Shown here in pieces: positions 22,550 through 64,000 of a stretch of 64,000 bases of DNA. Position numbers and translations under genes: made by a program. The DNA is from the human T2T-CHM13v2.0 reference genome, Homo sapiens. A model generated the notes under the pieces. It did no database searches. It was not told where the DNA came from and saw only the letters and a list, made by a program, of their open reading frames with translations. Where the stretch lies: assembly GCF_009914755.1 (NCBI RefSeq), contig NC_060925.1; one strand, written 5' to 3'. Numbering within the stretch: the stretch's first letter is position 1; the number at the start of each line of letters is the position of its first letter.

Positions 22550-23060
22550 GGGGCCCTAAGAGTCTGCGGTCCCGGGACGGACTGAGGCGACACTGAGGGC
22601 GGTGCCTGAAAGTCCGGGCTCCAGGAGGCGGGGTGCGAGGCCGCCAAGCGTCGCGGGAAGCAGATGAAGAATGCGTGAGCTGGGACTCCTGTTCCCGGGC
22701 CCGGGGAGGCCTGGGCAGCCGACATGGACCCCGCTGCCAGACAGCCCGCACTCACCTCGCGAGGGTCTCACTACATGGTCTCCGCGCGCTTCCGGCCTAG
22801 AGTCGGGAATTCCCGCCCCCTCCCATAGCTCCCCCCTCCCCCACAGGAGCCGCGTACCCACGACCGACTGCCAATGGCAGCACCGAGTGGGCGGGGACAG
22901 ACCGGGAGTGACGTCAGTTAGGAGCAATCAGAGATCGGGAGCGGGAGCGGGCGGAGCAGGCGACCTGAGGAGAGTGAGCGAGAGCAAGAGCGGATATTAG
23001 GAAAAGGACCTCGGGGCTGGGGCCCTGGGGCGCATCTGTGGAGGACTGAGGGGCCGGAGC
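22550..23060 (-). promoter_or_regulatory. SLC39A1 proximal CpG promoter and first exon (donor GAG|GTGAGT, exon ending at 22756) with kappaB, GC-box, CCAAT and CRE sites
   Basis: GGGAATTCCC 22805-22814, CCCGCCCC 22812-22819, CCAAT 22871-22875, TGACGTCA 22909-22916. Confidence 0.8.
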
Positions 23061-23890
23061 GGGCCAGTCAACAAAGGCTTTGATTATATGGATATTTTTA
23101 AAAGAGGGAGACCCCGCATTGTCAAGTCTTCCGGCCCACATCTGAAAACATCTTCCTGGCCTTGGGCCAAAGTCTCATCTGTCCCTCAGAAGGCTCTGAC
23201 ACCTCGTCAGTGCCTCTTGGCGCCCAAGGGAAAGCATTCCCCTCTTGGGACCAACTTCCTTGACTGCTTTCCCTCACCAGCACCCACAACAAGGAAAAAG
23301 ACAAGGCAGAATTGGAAAGGGGGGAAAGCAAAGAGAGGGTATGTCTTGAAAATCATCCCTTCTCGACTACTTATGGCACTCAGTGCAGCCTCCGCCTTCT
23401 CCAGGTGGGTGGGGACGTGGTGGGACCGGAATGCGGGGTGCTGAAGCCGCGCCCAGGGAAGAGCCCCCAGCGCATTCCAGGATATCTGCGTACCGCGCCT
23501 GCGGGCGTCTGGCCGGTTCTCCCACCTGATTTCCAGCCCAGCTCCCGCCACCCTCGCCGGTCGGTTTGCTGTTTGCTGTTCCTTGAATGCCCCAAGGTAG
23601 TTGTTTCAGCTCAGGACTTTCACCGTTTCCTCAACCTGGATTCTTGTGGCCCACAACTCTGTGCCTTGAGAATCCTCTTCTAGCCTCAAGGGACGGTAAG
23701 ACAAAAGAAAATTTAAAAAGGGGGCTCAGCTGTTCTTTTATGCAAAGGTGAAAAAAGCTTCATTGCCTAAAGAAGGGACAGATGGGATCTTGCTTCCTAC
23801 AGGAAAATTAATTTTAAAAAAGAAAAAAAAAAGGGGGGACAGTGTAATGCTTCTCACAAGGCTCCAGAAACGAAGCCCAGTAATTCCTTA

Positions 23891-26010
<2,120 letters not shown>

Positions 26011-26419
26011 GTAGCAGTTTGAGTTCTGGGATTCACACTCCAAACTACTGTTTTACTCACCCAGCTACCCTTTTCTGAAATACTACTGAAAACCATACCT
26101 GTATCAGTTTACCTCCATTGTTTTACTTGAAGTGAATTCCTGGACCATCAGACATTAGACCAAGGCAAAAAAATAAAAATAATCAATCAACCCTGAGTTT
26201 TGGTATTACTACTTTCTAGTCATGGATCTGCCTCCTCATAGGTAAAATTTGCAAAATATTACCCGCCGTGTGTGCCTCAGAACTGTTATGGATTAAGGAA
26301 GAGAACAATTTTTATGAAAACGTTTTGTAAATTATACAAGTGTGGGACATAATGTTCCCGGTAACTGTATGCAAACAATAAGACAACAAACGCAAAAGGC
26401 TTTTTAACTTGTTGCAGTT

Positions 26420-27600
26420 TTCCTGCCCCGTGTCCCTCCGTGAATGAGCAGCGTGCAGCGAGCGTGTGCGCACAGCTGCTGTTCTCCATTAACGCCACAC
26501 TGCTCGGCTTGCGGACGGGGAAACCCGCCATCGCGCTCCTGCCGCCTGCCGAGCGAGGATCACCGCTCCACTGGGGTCAGCGGGCTGTTGACTCCCCGCC
26601 TGGGTGAAACCGGAGCTTCCGAGTCACGTGGCGCGCGAAGACAAACCTGGCTGCTCAGGGTTTCCCGGAGCTTTCTCCCAGCTTCCCGGCGATTCATATT
26701 CTGGCGCTTACCCCTCCCTTTAGGCTGGCGGAACCCAATCCCCGCCTGACAAATAAGTCCCGCCGGCCGGACGCAGTGGCTCGCGCCTGTGGTCCTAGCT
26801 GCTCGCGGTGCTGAGGCGGGAGAATCACCTGAGCCCGGGAGGTCGGGGGCTGCATGGAACCGTGATCGCACCACCGCACTCCAGCCTGGGCAACAGAGCG
26901 AGACCCTGTCTCCAAAAATAAGAATAAAGAAAAAAAAAAGAAAGAACTGCGGCCCCATTGGCCTGACTCTCCTGAACAGCCAAACTGTCTCCGACCAGTT
27001 ACGGAAGAGGCGGCCTTGAGAGGGTAGTGTGCCATTGGCTCGATGTCCTGCCCCTCCGAAACCTAAGTCTTCAGCTTCCAATCAGGACTCAGCTTTGGGA
27101 AGAGCGCCACGCGGTGGGCGAGGGGATGCCCTAGTAAATTCGCAGGTCTCTTGACTCTTTCCGCCTTTGTTTACAACCCTGCCATGATCTCCCTCTTGCA
27201 AAAGCGAGGGCTACAGAACAGGCATTCAGGAGTCCTGTGCTCCAGTCACAGCCTTTTCTGTTCTTCAGCTAGGAGACACCAAACCCTCAGGAAGATTTAC
27301 TATAGCTAAGAGAAAACTGCAGCAGAAAGGGCGCGGCTACCTACTTCTTAAATTCCGTTTGTGGACCCTCAGACTCTTAGTCCCCTACTCCCAGATACAG
27401 CGGCCCTACCGTGGCTCCTGGCAAGGTGGCATCCACTTTTGTAGTGTAAGGCTGGGGGCGGGGTTTGGCTGGCAGGTCCAGGATACGAGATCCTGGAAGA
27501 AAGAAAAGGTGTAGTGTTTGGGGAGGTCAACGGGCTATGCTGGCTTGACAGGGCTGGGCTCTTCAGAACAGGTAATGCTTGGGGGGGGCCTCTTTGTCTA
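26420..27600. promoter_or_regulatory. Bidirectional CpG promoter: CREB3L4 (+) first exon(s) and a probable distal SLC39A1 (-) first exon
   Basis: CpG-rich; E-box GTCACGTG 26623-26630; several CCAAT/ATTGG boxes (26735, 26957, 27034, 27078); minus donor GG|GTAAGC at 26712; plus donors after 27425 (AAG|GTGGCA) and 27571 (CAG|GTAATG). Confidence 0.72.
26765..26945 (+). mobile_element. Monomeric Alu (FAM/FRAM-like) inside the CpG island
   Basis: Single arm of about 150 nt, ggccggacgcagtggctcgcgcctgt...gagaccctgtctcc, plus an A-rich tail. Confidence 0.8.
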
Positions 27601-27786
27601 AACCTGAGGGATAGGGCTGAAGGTGAAATATCGAGGGGACAGGTGAGGGGGCTTGCTAGTGAGGAAGGAGTGGGGGGGCGGGGATAATGGAAAAGGGAGC
27701 AGAGGAGCCCAGAAACTGTAGGGGGTAGTAAGCAGCCATCATTCCGTTTCTGCAACCCTCCGTCCCACACGCCTTCCTGCAGAAGC

Positions 27787-33328
<5,542 letters not shown>

Positions 33329-33551
33329 GCTGGAACAGACCTTCCTGGCCCACTTCCTGATCACAAGGAATCCTGGGCTTCCTTATGGCTTTGCTTCCCA
33401 CTGGGATTCCTACTTAGGTGTCTGCCCTCAGGGGTCCAAATCACTTCAGGACACCCCAAGAGATGTCCTTTAGTCTCTGCCTGAGGCCTAGTCTGCATTT
33501 GTTTGCATATATGAGAGGGTACCTCAAATACTTCTGTTATGTATCTGTGAT

Positions 33552-33794
33552 TTTATTTCTTCTTTGGGTATAGGGTTGAGGGGAAATAAGTTTTGAGTGA
33601 GAAATAAACGTTTTAGCTGAAATTGTATCCCAGAAGTTTGAAATAAGTAGTAGAAGAGGGGGAAAACAAGGGAGAAGTGGTGGGGAAGACTTGGTAGATT
33701 GGGGCCTTAAGTAACCACCTCCTTTCCCTCTCTGCCCCCATGACTTCCTGCTCCAAGTTACAGAAGGGAAGGAAACCATTTTACTCTTTTTATT
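33552..33794 (-). terminator. JTB polyadenylation signals (proximal 33789-33794, distal 33552-33557)
   Basis: Two tttatt hexamers on + downstream of the JTB stop at 33942. Confidence 0.7.
33603..33608 (+). terminator. CREB3L4 polyadenylation signal AATAAA
   Basis: aataaa about 275 nt after the stop codon. Confidence 0.8.
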
Positions 33795-33941
33795 CTGCTC
33801 ATTAATGATCTGAAAGAAGAAGATGGGGAAAAGGGGATTCCACCACAAGGCTCCAAAGAACCAAGAGTGCAAATCAGTCCATTTCACTTTCACTGTCTGA
33901 GATAGGGTCTCTAAGACCCAGGATACAAGGGTGGAATGTAG

Positions 33942-36515
<2,574 letters not shown>

Positions 36516-37879
36516 GGAGCGCCAAGTGTCGCACCTGTCGGAACAGAGGGACCTACTCCACAGGCCTCGTGCCTCCGTCGGAGCGCAGAGGCGGCACTTA
36601 CTCTGCAGCCCTCCCAGAGGTTCCAGGTCAGGGCAGGGAAGGCCGGAGTTGCCTATTGGAGCAGAGGATCTATCAGGACGTCCCCGTTGCCACAGCGAGA
36701 AAAATCGATATGTTTTTGCGGGCTAGGGAGGCGAGCGCCTTCTGCGGGGTCCGCAGGGCGCTGGAGGAAGGGCCGGCGGGGGCTCGCGGCCCTAGCGCCC
36801 GCTCACCTCCGCTCCCGCCCCCGACGCAGCCATCTAGCCCCGTGGAGGATCCTCGGGCGCGGGACCGAGCTCGGGGCCCGGTGTTCCCGGGGGCGTTCGG
36901 TCGTCGCCCGCTGGGGCTTATAGTCTTCCGCGTCGGTGGCGCCTCGCCTGCTGCTCACTGGGAATTAGCTCGGCGCCCCGTTGCATTGTGGTCTTGGTAG
37001 TCTTTGCGAGAACGGCAAATGGCGGTTGCAGAGGCTCGTCCGAATTCTCGGCTCGCTGCTCCCTGGCTGGCGCGTGTTTGTTCATTCTGGGCTAGGTGAG
37101 CAGGGACAATACGTCGCCCTCTCAGGACTTTGCTCTCTCCTTAAAACCCGAGGATTCACCGTCAAGCTTCTGGTTTCTCTGACATCCTTCCCCAGCCGCC
37201 CCTTCATCGCCACCGATGATCCAGTGGAGAAGCTGTGTTGGAGGTCAAGGGATGGAGGCGAAACTGCGCGTTCTCGTCCCTGCAGAAACCGGAATATCCG
37301 AGACACATGACGAACATGAAACTTTCTCCTTGTCTCTTGGCTCCCACTCCGCTACACAGATGAACGGTGTTACCTTCCCTCATGTTACTTTGCTAAGCCT
37401 ACTCCTCAGAGCTGGTCCTTTGCATAACCTCTTCAAATGCTCTCAACTCTCCCTTGCTCCTACATAATGGAGTAATCATAAGTGCAATGAGAAAAGCATG
37501 AGATTTGAAGTTCCATAAGTATTGAGTCTAGGTTCTGGTGGTTATTAACTCCATGATCTTAGGAAAGTATCTGTCAGTGTTCTGTGTAAAACGGAAATGC
37601 TAATGTGTATTTACCAGGACTTTTTCTTGCGAGAGGCAGATGAAATGTATCTCCGTTTCATGAGTAAGTTCAGAGAATATAAGTGACTTGTCCAAGGTCA
37701 GCAAGCTAATGAGTGGGAAAGCTGAGGCTTGAGCCTAGACTGTCAACACCCAGGCCAAAGATTCATTGCCTGCTTTTCATCTTATGGAGTTAAACCTTGA
37801 TACACACTCAGATCTGCAGTGACTTGACCAGCACTGTGGGTTCATGCTTTACTGTCTGATAACGAATTTTCATTTAATT

Positions 37880-40425
<2,546 letters not shown>

Positions 40426-40931
40426 ACTGACCATTGTGCCTGGCACTTAGTAGATGCTCAATATACATATATGAATAAATGAACTTCTCATTTTCCTCAC
40501 TAATAAAAGCAGATATTAATGCCTATCAAATAACTAAATGGATTGCTGGCAGAATCAAAGAAGCTTGCACAAATCACTGGATAAATCACTAGGTGCAGTT
40601 ATTTCCCTGAGGCTAGGACTGTTAGAGTTCTTCTCGCTGGGAATTTCCTGTGCTCAGGACAAGGCTCTGCCCACAAGGGCATCCGGACCCCATGGCGGAA
40701 AGAGGATATCCAGACCTTCAGATCACTCTACCTCCTGCTCTTTGCTATTTTCCTTACCAACAGAACAGCTAGGGAAGAGACAGCAGTAGGATTAGTCCTG
40801 GTTCCACAGAAACCGAGCCTGATTTGGGTAAATCAATCACTTTGAAGACACAATAATTGGATTTGAGTGGAGAACAATTCTGACAATAATCCAAGTTACC
40901 CAAAACAGGAACATTTGTGCAAATGGTGGCC

Positions 40932-40937
40932 TTTAAT
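40932..40937 (-). terminator. RAB13 polyadenylation signal ATTAAA
   Basis: tttaat on + about 425 nt downstream of the stop codon. Confidence 0.65.
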
Positions 40938-41104
40938 ACCAAGAAAGACCATGACAAGTGACAGAACAGGAGCAAATTCCCTAGTGTAGTGCCGAGCTAG
41001 CCTTTTGCAGGACCCTAAAACCTGATCTAGTAACAGAATAAATCAGTGTATTTACATTTATGTTTGCCCTGAAAACCCAGGTAAGGTCTGAAGCCTGAGG
41101 CATC

Positions 41105-41250
41105 TCTCCTTCCTTTCCTCCTCCCTCTCTTCCTACCTCCTTGCCTTCTTTCACTTCCTCAATTCATTCCTCTCCCTTCTCCCTTCCTCTCTCTTCCTTT
41201 TTTTCCTTTCTGCTTTTCCCTTTTCTCCTTTTTCTCCTCATTCTCTTTAC
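41105..41250 (-). promoter_or_regulatory. GA-rich mRNA-localisation element in the RAB13 3'UTR
   Basis: Long pyrimidine tract on + (purine/GAAG-rich on the mRNA). GA-rich 3'UTR elements are known to target RAB13 mRNA to cell protrusions. Confidence 0.75.
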
Positions 41251-41361
41251 CATCTACCTATGTGACCCTCCAAGCCCCTCTGCTATTTCTCCCCTGCTCA
41301 CTCCCTCTGCCGTTGTCTCCCTCAGGTTCAGCTTCCGGGGTGGGGAGGCAAGAAAGGGTCC

Positions 41362-45499
<4,138 letters not shown>

Positions 45500-46487
45500 G
45501 GCGGACACCGGGGGAGCCGGGGGAGGGGTGGGGAGCGCCCGGCACTGGTAGGCGGGACTGGACGGTTGGCAAACAGAGCGGCACGGAGCCCAGGCCAGGA
45601 AGAAGTTTTCCTCCCTCTCCGCCCAGGCTCCGGGAAAGAGGAGAGGCGGCACCCCTCCGGGCTCCACCCCCTGCCCGCCCACCCTTTTGAGCAGGCCAAG
45701 GCTGCCAGCCCGGCCTCTGTTCTCTCGGTTTTCCCTTCCTAGCTTAGGCCGGCCTGTCTCTCTCGCTATTTTCCACAGCCTTTCGGTAATTGTAGCTCCC
45801 CTCTTAGGACCTTACTCTTCCATTCTGAGGCCAGAGAGGCTGGGGTGAAGGGAAGTAGAGGTTTAACCACGACGACCAGAAATTTTAGAAGAGAAATTTT
45901 AGAGGGATTAGGGGAAGAGAACCAAGAGTTTTGGGAATAAGGGTGAAGGTAGGGAGAGCACTAGAAATTGAAAAAAAAAAATGGGGCTGAGTTTTGGAGA
46001 TGCTATTCAACGAAGCTAGAAGATGAGTTATCATCGGTTTCTGGGGCTGAGTAAAAGGCAGTCCTAGAATTTTACTGTTAGTTGTCCAAGCCCTTAGTTC
46101 TATGGGTCCCAATTCACTTTGAAAAAAGCGGGATGCGCAGAAGTAGGTTATTTGTTGAGTCAGTCTGCCCCCTGGTGGAACAGGGTGAAAACGTAAATTA
46201 GTTATACAGAATCGGCCCCACCACCCCAACACACACAGCCTACCTAGACACATCCTGGGGCTTCAGTTGGAACGATCTCTCTTATGGGGACCCATGTGTG
46301 ATTTCTCTGACCAAATAGCTTAGGAAAACAGAGATTTGAACTAAAAATGTCATTCTTTACGTGAATCTTTTAATATGGCCCACTTAAGGTGCAGTACTCC
46401 TGAAATCTCACTCAATAGGCCATGAATGTGTAGCCTTGGTAACCAGGAAGCTGAAATATGAACAGCACGGGTATAAAGAAACAAGTT

Positions 46488-49641
<3,154 letters not shown>

Positions 49642-50059
49642 TAAACCAATAGAAAAAGAGTTAAGAATATAGGTATTTAAAAAATAGGACGGAAGTCCTG
49701 GATATGGCTCCTTCTCCCTGGTGTTTTCCTCAACCTTTCCTATTTATTAGGCTCCAACTGTCAAGGTATGGCACAAAATTTTAAAAGTGTCCATTTATCC
49801 CTGGATAGTGATCAAACGCTGACCTCAAATTAGCAAGGTAACCCTCTCAACATGGTGACGCATATGTGTCACAACTAACAGTTAAAGACCTTCCGAAAAT
49901 GGCAGCTCCCTTGTCTCCCCACTGCGGCGGATCAAAGTAAGACGTTCCAAACATGGTGGCACAAGATCCTTGCGTCATTTCCTGTAGTGTGCTCTATATA
50001 AGGGGCAGGATTTCCGCTTTCGCTCCTTTCCGGCGGTGACGACCTACGCACACGAGAAC

Positions 50060-51356
<1,297 letters not shown>

Positions 51357-51626
51357 AAGCACTCTGAGTCAAGATGAGTGGGAAACCATCTCAATAAACA
51401 CATTTTGGATAAATCCTGTTTATTGTCTTGTTTAAGTGTTAGGAAGTTCCTGTCTCAAGTATTCTGGGGCAACCAGGAAGAGGAGAATATTAGAGTCATT
51501 TGGGGCACGTAAGTGGCCAAGTACTTTAAAAGTCCCTTTGGGGGCATTTTTAACCACCTAGGCTCATTGGATAAATTTGTTTTTTTTTTAAACTGTGATA
51601 CTATCTCAAGTGTTGTGTTTGGTGTT

Positions 51627-64000
<12,374 letters not shown>

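Noticed and set aside
27078-27111. ER stress element (CCAAT...CCACG) in the CREB3L4 promoter
   Set aside because: The spacer is 24 nt, not the 9 nt required for an ERSE.

Overview
This is a gene-dense, Alu-rich primate genomic window. The proteins match the human sequences as I know them, which places it at the 1q21.3 cluster. In order: 5' half of DENND4B (-), complete CRTC2 (-), SLC39A1/ZIP1 (-) hosting MIR6737, CREB3L4 (+), JTB (-), RAB13 (-), RPS27 (+), and the last five coding exons of NUP210L (-), with a processed RPL34 pseudogene in one intron. I rebuilt each complete CDS by hand from splice sites, and all close in frame at the expected lengths (CRTC2 693 aa, SLC39A1 324, CREB3L4 395, JTB 146, RAB13 203, RPS27 84). 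I see no prokaryotic system, CRISPR array or foreign insert. The strongest leads are: (1) a cryptic segment in CRTC2 intron 12 that looks like a decayed ancestral CRTC exon, now spliceable only as a 67-nt PTC (poison) exon whose donor sits in a stem-loop; (2) a U12-type AT-AC intron in CRTC2; (3) tightly packed minus-strand genes whose read-through splices SLC39A1->CRTC2 and CRTC2->DENND4B would both be in frame; (4) alternative N-termini for DENND4B and JTB; (5) nested retrotransposition events and a templated-duplication scar. Repeat boundaries are approximate. Comparisons with paralogs and consensus sequences are from memory, not from a search.
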